A stretch of 59,831 nucleotides of DNA from NCBI GenBank assembly GCA_003427395.1, contig BFEA01000004.1:8709447-8769277 (forward strand), in the 5' to 3' direction. A model generated the notes under the pieces. It saw only the letters and a list, made by a program, of their open reading frames with translations. It made no database searches and was not told the origin of the DNA. This document shows, in pieces, positions 47,813-59,831 of this stretch. Position numbers and translations under genes: made by a program. Source of the stretch: Chara braunii (taxonomy: Eukaryota > Plantae > Charophyceae). The stretch's first letter is position 1, and every line of letters begins with the position of its first letter.

Positions 47813-50800
47813 CGTACACACGTGCACACACACACAAATTTTTTCTTTTTTTTTCGCAAACTTTCGCTTCAACCCACTAGATCCTGAGGGGTGATATGAG
47901 CATCCCCCTATAGCGTGCTTCCGACAGAATGCTCCTGCCTATCAGTGGGGAGCAGCACCTGCTGGAAAATGGGTCCAGCGTCCAATGCACATTGTGAATA
48001 AAGCACCAGTCGCGACGCCACATACTACACACACACTCTTGGAGTTGTGTATAGCGAACATGATAAAACATAAACACAACATAATCTCTAACTTACGCCT
48101 CCTAAACCAGATCAGCAAACAAACTACAGGTTGTGCATGTGACGTTCAACCTCACGCCCTGATCTTCTTTCCTTTTCTCGGAGTGACTAAAGCGAAAAAA
48201 TGGCCCAGAAAGCAGCAAAATGGGGTGTGTCAAGGACTTTTGGAAAATTGAGTGTAGGGACACAAACAAAACTAAGATCCCCCATGTGGTCCCAGATAGG
48301 GAGCGACGAGCGGTGGAAGGGATAAGGAGGCGTGTCCTTCCTTGACGGCTATCTAATCCAAAAAGTATCGCTAGACTTGGATACGCGCAGGGCGGCGTCT
48401 CATCTTGGACCGAAAGGGGTAAGGGGCACACGTCGGATCTTGGTTTCGCACGAGGGGCCAGCGTTGTTCATCACAGAGTTCTAAATTTGAATTAGAGGGT
48501 CTCAACCTCACTACCTTTTGCTTATATTTATCTTCGCCACGTGTTCAATAGCTGAACCTTTGAGCTTGATAGTGATGTGTGCGGCGACAATCGCTACATA
48601 GAGTGCGACGTCAATGGGGCGCAACTGTCGGCCACAGAATGACAAATTGAATTAGCTCGTTAAAGAAAAGCAAGACTGAATAAGGCGAAAAATTATCAAC
48701 AATCACAAAACCATCGTTTACAAATTCTGAGCAACACGATTCGGAAGAAAAGTGATATGGGTCGCCTATCTTGGCGACAACTTCTCGAACGTCCCACTCG
48801 CAGACACTTGTCTTATCCTCATTACATGGGAAGGGTCGTGGACGAGGAGGTTTGGGATGTCGTCATCCCAATGGTTCATCTGGCTCAATCTACATGGTCG
48901 AAAAACACACATTCATCGTTCACAAGACAAAACGATAACTTCCCATTAGTGTTAAAGGTTGCCTCGGTGTTGGTATTCAAACTTCCCACCTAGAGTTCTA
49001 CAATGGTGGGAAAGTACCTGGGAATTTAATAGAAGAAGTTTTTTCATACTTATTCACGTTGACTTTACGCGGACGAGGGGCGAGGACAAAAAAATGTGTT
49101 TCAGATGACATCAACAATAACTCTTGGGAAAATGACACACTATGTTAGTAAGATCTATTGGAGTCATCATAAAAAAATGCCCACTCACAAGATGATCAGA
49201 GCAAAGGAAGGGAGGAATGTCGAACCGATGAGGATCAGAAATCAGGAGACTTGTGCGTCTTCGATCGACTGATACGAGGCAAAGTTTCTGGTTACTTCTT
49301 TCGAAGCGGTCGAAGAACTAGTCGGGTGGATCAATTAAAGATGTGGATAAACCATTCTAATGCAGTTTTTAGGTACAAGATAACAGACTTAAATTGTACA
49401 TATCTATCATATCACATAGTTGCCACAGATGCAAGCGACAGGCACACGTCTCAACCAATCAGACAAATTTCACTCTTTGTGCTTCAATGATCCTCGCCCT
49501 GCGAGACTAAGTTCAGCGTACACATATGCACCCACGTTCATCAACACAACAGTGCATGTCAACCATTCATTCATCAGGCATTCATAGAAAAATAATATAC
49601 ATGCGACCAAAACCATGAGAGAATTTTGGTGAATTCGCCATACTGTTAGCTCCAAAAAGTAGTTGTACAAAAAGAACCCAAGAAAAACAAGCCGCAAGGC
49701 CTTCTGCTCTCATGCCATGACCCTGGCCCAGACAACCATACGTCCACACTCACACACCCCTTCAAGTTGCCTAGGCACAGACAATCCCGACTATCACGTA
49801 CCATGCAATTCTTGAGCGCTCGTCACCCTGCTAACTTGATCATTACGCCGACTCGTCCAGATCCCACATTCCGTCGCGGCTATCTGGCACACAGCCTCGT
49901 ATGATCGTTGTTGACTCATCGAGACTTTTCGACCCGCCGATCACCACTTCATCTAGCCACTACTACCGTGCAACTGGCTGATGGATTTTAAGAGAGTTTT
50001 TCATATGTGCTTACAGGTTTAATAGTTGCGGGAGAAGAAGTATAAGGTAGTCGAGAGAGGGGGGAAGAGACAAAAGGGGGAAGAGGGAAGAGGAGAAGGA
50101 GGCTGGCCGTGGGAAAGTCATATCCGTATGAGTCACTTCGTAGTCATAAAAACCTCCTCTCATGCTACCATTTAATTTCTTGAAGGTTTGGGGGATCGAT
50201 AAAGTTTCCCTGTACGAAGATGAAGGTCAGGAGGAAGAGGACGAGAAGCAGTGCGAAGCAAGACCAAGATTCGGTCGAAGTAATAAGGAGAAAGAGCGCG
50301 GATGGAGGGAGCGGAAAATAGTTAGGGTAGATAAAAAATGCGTGGAGAAGGAAGAACGGAAGATGGTTCAAGATAAAGTAGGAGACAGGGGAAGTTTGCA
50401 TGCATGACACTGACACAAATCAAAAAGGAACCAAAACAGTTATGCCGCGTCCGACTGAAGACGTGCCAAATTCCTTAAAACTAATTCAAGATTGAAAATT
50501 TCACATACAAATTCTGAGCGCAAAAAAACGCGCGAATTCTTATGCTGATTGATATTCCTCCATACGATTCACGGGACTTTTGGGGCTGAATTCCAAATGA
50601 TATTGCAGAGAAAAGATACGTCACCAAAAAGTGTGCTCGCAAATTTTGAACCCGAATTTCAGCACACCTATTGTTACAAAAAAAGAAGCAAAGTTCCGAC
50701 ATCCTGGAATACAAAAACACTTTGAAGTTGAGGGGCCGCGGCGGCCATTGGACCCATACATTGTAAATCAGCAACAAAAAGTTACTTGAAGCCTAAAAGA

Positions 50801-51569
50801 GTGATACAAAATATGGGGTCTCGGAAGTTCATTTATGCATGGGAGTTGGCACGTCACACGCACTCATGCCCTCACGAAGTGAAAAAATGACTGCGAATAC
50901 TCAAGCTCATCGTAAAAGGAAATCACTGGGAATAGCCAGTCTTAATGAATTTTTTTTTTCCATATATTTTTTCAACTTCGGCGTATAGGATTTATTAAAG
51001 TCGCCATGGTTGAATGCTATGGAGTCTATGAACATGTAACTGTTGTTGATCAATAGAATACCAATGTGAGGAGCTCTACCACTTTTAAAAAAGAGTTCTT
51101 GGCTCGAGCAAACCAACAAGTTTGTGTAAGGAATGGTGTTGCTGCTATAAAGGCAAGGTAATTGGAATTGCTTGTGATTTATTGGAATCGGAGTCAAAGT
51201 TGGAGTTGGAGTTGTGCTAAATATTTGGTTTTACTCATCAAGTAACATGATCGAGTACCATCATCTGGCTTCAAACTTAGGTTCATATTTCAACACTTCA
51301 TGGGTGTACCCAATGAGCTAGCCTAAGTCTCTTGGGTAGGACATGCTTCCTACATGCTTGGACCGACAGAAACCCGCCACCTATGTACGCGGGCATAAAA
51401 GGAACACCCCTTCCCTCCTGGATCCACGTGGGCCTGTTGCCGCCAGCGACACCAACAGAACTCGGCTCAGACGAAACCCAAGAGACAGAGGACGATAGCC
51501 TCCACAACCCACACCAAGAAAATCCGGGAACGCCTTCAACTTTGTTGTTTGTGTACCAGCATGAAGCGT

Positions 51570-54500
51570 TGTCAGGGCAAATACCCTGACAAGGGTATTT
51601 GTCGGGGATTTTAAAAGTCGGACGCTGTCCGCCTCTTTCGTTGAATTGAAGGACTTTATAAAAATGACGTTTGCCAAAAGTTTATTTAGACCTGACCTAT
51701 GACTGAGACACGAAAAGTTTTCGAGCTTTGGTCCGGATGCTTGTGGCATCCGAGAGTAACGGAAGTAACAGGCAATGCTTCACTTTTGTTGAGGCCGCAG
51801 GGGCGTGCGGGTGTTGAAGTACTAAAATCAGACTTATCCTACTAAAAATAATGTCGCGCGACTGCTAAGCCGGGCGATTCAGGGCCTAAGTAGGCTAGAA
51901 AGATTAACGCGCCGAGCGTAGGACCTCGACGCGAGAGAGAAGGGTTACTTATTTTTGGGGGGGCCGTAAGATTTAATTCCGCATCAGGGCTCGGAGTCGG
52001 GCACGTGGCTAAAAGGATGCCCTACCGGATCGTCGGGCTAGGCTCCAGCCGGTTGGCTGGTGTGGTGCCGGCGTTAAACGAGGGAGGTGCATACAGTAGC
52101 CTGCTGGCTGTGTGTCAGCGTTTTTCCATTGGGCAAAGCCCTTCATATTGAAGGGTTGTTCCTTTTTGAGTGTGAAATAGGAGTTAGCCCAGTAGGTTAT
52201 CATGCCAGACTTTTGCCCAGCAGGTACCGGGATCGAACCCCAGATGACGACACTGGGTTAGCTCCTTTTGGAGCAACCCGTAACGTGGGGTTAAACGCGG
52301 CCGATTTTGGTCGTGCGATCCTCGAGATCGCGCGGCTGAAATCAATCGCGTTGAGATTGCATGGTCCCTGCACAAGATTGATATGCATAAATCGATTTTT
52401 TTTTTTTTTTTTTTTTTTTAGCCCCGCAGGACTCGAACCCCGGGCTGGGTTTTGGGGGGTCGTGATGTGACCGTTGGTTTTAAGCCAACGGGGTCGGGGA
52501 AAAAAAAAACGAGAAAGTGACCACAGTGAGCGCCAGTTGGCGGTATGCGAAGTGCAGGGGGGAAATGTCATTTGGAGGTGCCCGTTTTTACGGGAGGACG
52601 TTTTAAAAGGTAAGGGTTTTTTTTTTTTTTTTTTCTCTTTGAGTTTTTTTTATAGATTTCTTTAGATTCTTTTTTGTTTTTTGGATTTCGTTTTAGATTC
52701 TTTTCTTTTCTTTACGTCCTTCTTCCTGCTCGTTTTGTTGTTGAGGTCCCATTAACAAAAAAGATAGGATCGAGCGCCTGAATCTGGAGGTGTTTTATGC
52801 AAAGATGCAGAAATGCAGTTTAATCTCGATTTCCTGCATATCTCCATAACCTCGTTCAGATTCAGGCATTCGATCCGATCCTTTTTGCTAGTAGGACCTC
52901 GCCCCATGTGAGCGCCCGTTCGTTTTAAAGAACGGGTTGCACCAACGACTGTGCCAGACTGTTTCGTCGGACTTTCACCGACTCATTAGGAGGCTGCACC
53001 TCGACAGTCAGTGTGAGTGTGTGGGATGGGCGAAGTCGAATGAATCTACCGTTCGAACAGGGAAATATACATTGCCACATCACAAAGGTAAGTTGGGTTT
53101 TTTTTTTTTTTTTTTTTTTTAGATTTCTCTTTAGATTTTTTTCTTTTTCGTTTTCTTCCTCTTTTTATTGGTTTTTTACCTCCCCTCGGTTGTCTGCGCC
53201 CGTTGGGTTGAAGACGGGCTGCAGTCAGCAACAGCGCCTGAATCTGGCGTTGTTCGCGGCCGGGTGCGGGCGCGCGTTGGGCAGGGAAAGAGGACCTTGC
53301 TGAGATTGACTCTAGTGTGACTCTGTGAAATGACTTACAGGAGGGGGAGCCTGCTCATTTTGAAAACGAGTTGCCCCTGCACAAGGAAACGAGGGGGAGG
53401 GGAAAAGAAAGAAGAAGAAAGAAAAGAAAAAAAAGGATGGGAAAAAAAAGGGAGAACGACCACGAATTTGGTCGTGGCCGTGGAATAGGTGCAACCCCCA
53501 GAAAGTTCTAGGGGGTAAAGTGATTGCACTTGTTCGTTTTTGAATAGGCTGCAAAGAGTGGTTGGGTACACGCATTTCTAGAAGTATGTGGCCCGGGAGA
53601 GTGGCCAGATACTTCTAGGAACTGAAGACCGTGGTTCCCCTAGGGGAACATCAAGGTTTCCAGCCCTTGATCTTGTCCAAGATCAAGGGTTAGCCCCTGA
53701 TCCGAAATTTTGGCTGGGGGCAAAGTTGTTGCCCTCTGCCCTCGGCTGGCTATAAAAGCAGTCAGCCAACCAGCATTCATTTGTGGTTGATGTCGCAGGC
53801 ATTCCACTTGGGTGAGTGTTGGCTGCTGGAGGAGAAGTTGCTAGCTGGAGTAGAAAGTGGAGAAAAGGTGGAGAGTGGAGGCAGCCATGATATCCACCAC
53901 TTCACTTGGTGAAGTGCCGGGAAAGTGTTGTTCGTTCAACGCGGCATCGACGACCATTTTTTGTAAGGTGTAGGGGTTATGCTGCACATGGTAGCCATAA
54001 TTTGAGAAGTACTACGGAGATGCTGTGCGGTTTTTGCGGCAACGATAATTTTTTGTTGACGTATTGCGGGAGAGTTGCCGAATTTTGTCGGCGACAGCTG
54101 TGGTTTGTTTGCCACTGAAGTGGAAGCGCTACCGGATTTTTGCGGCGGCGACAGTGGTTTTAACGGCAGTGGTGCGGAAGTATTGTCGGGTTTTCACGGC
54201 GGTGGCGGCAATATTTTTGCACTGACTATATAAAGCGGTGGTTGGGCAGGGAAGGTGCCGCTGAAGTGGTAGTGCGTTTTGAAGTGGCATGAGCGTGGCG
54301 ACGCAGTGACGCGGTGACATTGGAGGCGAGTGACGGTGGCATTGAGACGCTGTTATGTTGTTGAGGGTGAATGTGTGTCGAGAGAGTAATGTGGTAAGAG
54401 GTCGTCTCAAGGGAGTGGTGTGGATCACTTTGCTGACGACTTGTTGTGACGACCTTCTCATCTAAGGGCGTGATTCCATACGGTCTTTGAGTGGACCGTC

Positions 54501-57500
54501 TCTCAAACTTCACTCAAGGTCGGTCAGTTTATTCAGATTTCCTTTCATACCTGTGTGAACCCACACTTTGTTTGACCGTGTTCATTGAATGTTCGTTGGA
54601 AAGGTAAAAGAAAGTTGTGTGAGTCACACATGTGAATGCAGAAGTCTGACTTGAGTATGGGAATGCACTGGTTTTCTCTTGAATTTGTTGTTTTTGCATG
54701 TTGTGCAGGTAGGTAGAAGGATGCTTGAAAAAAAGATTGATTATGTCGGTTGGAGAAAAAAGAAAATGATTGTCATTTCCTTACTTATCACCCGCCTGCA
54801 TGCCAAAAATGATTCGATGTTTTGAAAAACTTTAATTCTGTGTGCACCACAAAATAAATTCAATTGAAATAAAGCAGATAAGGTCAAACGGATTTAGTTT
54901 TCTCCCCATGATTGACTTTTTCTATCCCGAACGACCTTATCTACCTATACCTGTCCAAATGATTCTCGTTGTCTATCTTCTTCAGCTTATTTTTCATCTA
55001 AGTTACCCAAAACTTATGAGTAATGAGAATAAAAGAAACCTACTCATGGCGAACAAAGTCTTTCTCTCTAGGAAGCATCCAAGGGGGGAGTTCGTATGCT
55101 TTCGGAGTCGGCCCTGTTATCGATTTGGAGTGGATCCGATTCGTCATGGGTGGTGCTTTGCCGACTCGGTGGTGACGGTCCAACCTCTGAGATCCGAGTC
55201 TTCGGGCTCGGGCGAGGATGAGGAGTATCCACAAGACCACTTCCTAAAGACATAGATGCGTTTCGGAAATAGAAGAAGCTCCAGTCCGTAAGAAGAAGTA
55301 GGTAATAAAGGTAATGGTTTTCTTTGAGCAGTGATAATAACTGCAGTTTTGTTTTGGGTAACCGGATGATGCAGATGGATATTTCATCATTCGAGAAAAC
55401 AAAAATAGTACTTATTGTCCAGTAGGACAAAGCGACTAACAAAATTTTTATTTGCTAGATAATACTTTTCTTCAAACAAACTGCATATGATACGGAGGTG
55501 TGGTTGAACCAAGAGTTCAAAATTCGGTCAGGAGTCAGATCACTTGTTGATTTGCATAGTTGCAGTGAAATTTACTTGCAGAAGTCATTCCTGGCAGGGT
55601 TTAGTAGTTGTCGACAGACCTAACCATAAGTCAAAGGATAGGTTGTTTTTCCTAATCTCTCGTCAATATCGAGCCTCCGTCTTGAAAGCGGCCGTATAAT
55701 AGTCTCTTCAGTCATATAGGCCGGAAATAATAATTTTGAGAGATCATCTCATCAAGTTAAAATCCTATCTTGTGCGATTTGAAAAAGTGTATTAATTTTA
55801 TTTATTTTGTGATCAAAGAATTATAAAGGGACTAGGATTATATTGTGGGTTTCACGTTTGGTTGAGACCGTCATAGTCGACCGACGTTCGTTTTGTACCT
55901 AGGAGATCCGTGCCCGAGGGAACTGATAGCGTTCGGGTCCATTTGGCGTTAACCAAGAGTACCTATACTCCAACAAACGAGCAACTGCCCTCGATTGACC
56001 TACCTCTGCAATTGCATGTAAAAGCTTCCGTACGTGGGTCAGTAGCTCGGTAGGGATACGCCCCTGAGGGTGGTGACAGCCCCTTAGGGAAGGCAAGATG
56101 TGCCGTGCAAAAACCTATCCTTTAGTAGGGGAACGTGGGATGTACAACTGGCGTACCCGGATAGAGAGGCGAAAGGGACAATGCAAACATGCCCGTCTCG
56201 GCGGTTCACGGGATTATTTATGCATCGTTCTAAGTTGTCTTTTGATCTTGGTTTTATTTTACTCCTGCATGACATAGCCGGGAGGGCTCCTGCGCTTTGT
56301 AAAAAGGCGGGAGTCGATGCGCTCGAGAGGTGGCGTCATTGTCGGGGACAGCGGCTACTTACCGTTGTCCCTAGTGGAACAACACTCGGGTAATATTGTT
56401 GAATGATATTATGAAGTAGATTGACTGTTGTTTGTAACTTAGAAGGATCTAACCACTCGTTGTTTTGTTTAATGAAGTGAGTGGTACTAAGGAATTTTTT
56501 AGCAGCCAGTTAAAATTGATCTCGTTAGTATTGAAATTATAAGATTGAAGGTTAAATGATTATTTCCCCTATTTATTAATAAAGTATGTTGCCTGTTGCA
56601 GAATATCATAATGATGAAAGGACTATTTGTTTATATGAGTCTTCTCTTTGAACGCAGTGAGTCACCGAATTCTTGCAGGCATGATTTCAGAGTTTGACAA
56701 TGCGAATGAATTGGGAATAACATCATAAGTTTATTTTCGTCTTGAATTTTATAGCCGAAAGGTTGAAGTATGATATTGAGCTTCTTTCACGAGCATTTGA
56801 GACTTGGGTTGAATTGAGAGACTGATGCTAGCGAAGTTATCGGAATCCCCTGAAGATAGGATGTTGAAAGGTAAAAGGAAGTTAGATAACGAGTCTAACT
56901 AGTTGGAGCGACCTCGTAAGCTTACTAAAGTTGAAAGGGTTACACGAAATTTGGCCCGAGGAGGTCAAGGGACTTGTACGAAAGTGAAGCAAGCTATAGG
57001 TCGGCATGAGTCACAGAAAAATATTCGCACTGCTTCAGATAAAAATCTGAACCAGGATGAGTGTCCGAATTAGGGAGCCAAGGCAAGCAAAGCTTTTAGG
57101 ATTCGCAAGTTTTGGAAATGCATATACTATGGCTTTTTAGGTCATAATTTTTTTTTTTGCAGACGCCTTGACTACGATATTAGAAAGGGAATAGTAAGCA
57201 AGCGAGAAGGTGAAGTCTACAAAGATTGCAATCATGTGTCCGTCTTCGCTATTAAAAAAGAAGACAAATCTATTAGGGACGTTTTTTTATCGCATGTGGG
57301 GGAGATTGAAGAATTAGAGTAAATCTCATATTTCATCTCCATCCTCCGGTCGGTCGCCATTACTACTTGAGTCCGGGGTACTTTTAGGCGTTATTGAAAG
57401 GTCGTTGATCTTATCATTTAGATACCTCGGTTATCTTGGTCTTTGGTATAAAAACTTCTAGGTATTGGGGGGAAGGCAGAATATGGAAAGTTGACATTCA

Positions 57501-59800
57501 ATTAATATATTTTTGTATATAAATTGGATTTATAATACTGCTAATTTGAATTTTGCAAATATTATGAAGTGGACACCGAGGAAGCTCTGACGTGACATCA
57601 ACTATGGGTTGACTAAATTTGAGTTACTCACACGAACTCGTGTCATTAATAATTGACATTTCTTGTGAGATAAATAGACCTTTATTATGATAAAGAAATT
57701 ATTGAATCGGGCTATTATGAAATTTTGTGTGAAAGAAAGCATTTGTTGTGAATTGTTGTGAATTGTCGTCAATTGTATTTTTTATCATTTGAATATAATG
57801 GTTGATTGTTCGTTGCCATGTTATGATATTTTTCTGATATAATTGGGAGCTTTGTAGGTGGTAGTGAGGCTCTCGTCGGAGTTGTCCTCCTGGTCCATAG
57901 TGAGATGCTGTCTTCTGAATCCTATGTGGTTTAAGGAAAGGAAGGCTACATTGTCATTGAAAGGGAGGAAGGTGTTGTGACTTTATTAAGACACTGCTTA
58001 TAGAGGAGGCGATTACTGTTGGGTACGAGAGAAGGAGTGATTATCTAATCTCGTATCAAGCAGGATCACTTCACCTCTATGACCAAGGCCTAACCAACCT
58101 GGGTTGTGTGGGATGAAGATGTCTAGCTCTATAGGGAAAGGATTGATGAGGTCACGACGCTGAAATCGGAGGGAATGTGGTGAGGCTCGAATCTTAAGCG
58201 GGGCTTGATGTCAAGATGTTATCCTCAGACGGATTACACCACTCCTCGACGCATATCACAAAAGTTTAGAAATATCGGACATAATAACTATGTGAGTTGC
58301 TTTTCTCTCTGAAGTTGGAATAGGAACAAAACTTGGGCGAGGACTTTTGAATGAATGGTTGCTCTCTGAATGGTTCGTCCAGACTTGTCTGAACAGCTGT
58401 CGATAGGTTGATCTATTGTGATATCAACCTGAAGGTTGTCGATTTTAGGCTTACCAGGAACGAAATCTGGTAACCATTCAGAAAAACAAAATTGTTGGCC
58501 ACCAGTGGGATGATGTTGGGACCATTCTGAAAAAGACCCTCTATATTTTAGGTTTCCAGGGGTTGAATCTGGGTCCATGTTTTCATTTTTAGGCTTGCCG
58601 AGGCGGAATCTGGTACTATTCCAAATGATGAGCAGAAAACTGTTGAGTTTTAGGCTTCTGGAGGCTGAATCCAGTTTTGTTATGTTATATTTAGGTTTCT
58701 GGAGGCCGAATCCAGTTAATGTTTCTAGAGTCGAATCCGATATTGTTGATGTACTATATTTAGGTTCCTAGAGGCTGAATCCAGTTTTGTTATGTTATGT
58801 TTAGGTTTTTTAAGGTTGAATCCAGGTTATTAATGGAAGTTCGGCTTTGTTCCAGACAATTGTTCTGAATTGTTGTGTATTGTAATCATTGATTTCACAT
58901 GGGAATTTCATAAAAATCCTAACTTTGTATTTTTTATGGTGAACGATGGGGTCGTCGTTCAATGAGGTCCGGGAATGTTGTCGAGGCAAATACCCTTGTT
59001 AGGGTATTTGCCGGGGATTTTAAACGTCAGACGCTGTCTGACTCTTTCGTTGAATTGAAGGACTTGATAAGACTGGCGTTTGCCAAAAGTTTATTCATAC
59101 ATGACCTATGACTGAGAGACGAAAGTTTTCAAGCTTTACTCCGGATGTTTGTGGCGTCTGAGAGTAACGGAAGTAACAAACAATGCTTCACTTTTGTTGA
59201 GGTCGCAAGGGCGTGCGGGTGTTGAAGTAGTAAAATCAGACTTATCCTACTAAAAATAATGTCGCGCGGCTGCTAAGCCGGGAGATTCAGGGCCTAAGTA
59301 GGCTAGAAAGATGGACGCTCCGAATGTAGAACCGCGACACGGGAGAGAAGGGTTATTTTTTTTAAGGGGGGAACATAAGATTCAAGTTTAATTCCGCACA
59401 AGAGCTCGGAGTTGGGCATGTGGCTAAAAGGATGCATTACCGGGTTGTCGGACTGGGCTCCAGCCGGTTGGGTAGTGTTGTGCAGGCATTGAACGATGGA
59501 GGTGCAGACAGTAGCCTGTTGGCTACGTGTCAGCATTTTTGCACCTCTTCATATTGAAGAGCTGCTCCCATTTGAGTGTGAAATGGGAGCTAGCCCAGTA
59601 GGTTATCATGCCAGACTCTCGCCCAACAAATATCGGGATCGAACCCGAGATGACGACACTGGGCTAGCTCCTTTTGGAGCAGCCCGTAACGTGGGGTTAG
59701 ACGCGACAGATTTCCTCGAGATCCCGCAGCTGAAATCAGCCACGCCGAGATTGCATGGCCCCTGAGCAAGGTTGATGCGCATAAATCGATAAAATATTCT

Positions 59801-59831
<31 letters not shown>
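51570..59831 (+). mobile_element. Non-autonomous LTR retrotransposon (LARD-like): 4.76-kb 5' LTR 51570-56328, PBS 56331-56348, non-coding interior, 3' LTR from 58979 running off the window
   Basis: 51570-52400 is repeated at 58979-59831. PBS TGGCGTCATTGTCGGGGA. Interior homologous to 36428-38238, with ~40-bp tandem repeats at 58540-58830. Confidence 0.88.
53751..53757 (+). promoter_or_regulatory. Candidate LTR TATA box, also at 44246-44252
   Basis: ggcTATAAAAgc conserved in both LTR copies, downstream of a conserved palindrome cluster. Confidence 0.5.

Noticed and set aside
58540-58830. CRISPR-like array (also 30600-30730 and 36580-36720)
   Set aside because: Head-to-tail degenerate tandem repeats without unique spacers, inside eukaryotic mobile elements; no cas genes

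Overview
Repeat-dense eukaryotic nuclear DNA with microsatellites, two N-gaps and a Nextera junction adapter. It is most likely a streptophyte alga such as Chara; this is inferred from the trnP-sdh3 mitochondrial insertion and the retroelement types. The six-frame ORFs are mostly spurious or transposon-derived. The main result is a decayed, intron-rich minus-strand gene (~25.0 kb to at least 2.35 kb). Its mostly phase-compatible exons give, in order, SAM-like, AlbA_2-like (IREFK/SFVN), SIR2-like (WQFAFVVDFD) and degenerate STAND-NTPase segments, which is the architecture of animal SAMD9/SAMD9L antiviral proteins. A full-length L1-type LINE (17372-24728, 12-bp TSD) sits inside its SAM-like exon. 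The right half holds a non-coding LTR retroelement family with a tRNA-Asp PBS. It occurs with 0.46-kb LTRs and with 4.8-kb LTRs that carry a 25S/28S rRNA fragment and a pre-miRNA-like foldback. The rest is an ORF1-only LINE derivative, SINEs, hAT/pogo/TTAA MITEs and a large diverged inverted repeat. Protein similarities were judged by eye against remembered sequences and need HMM confirmation.
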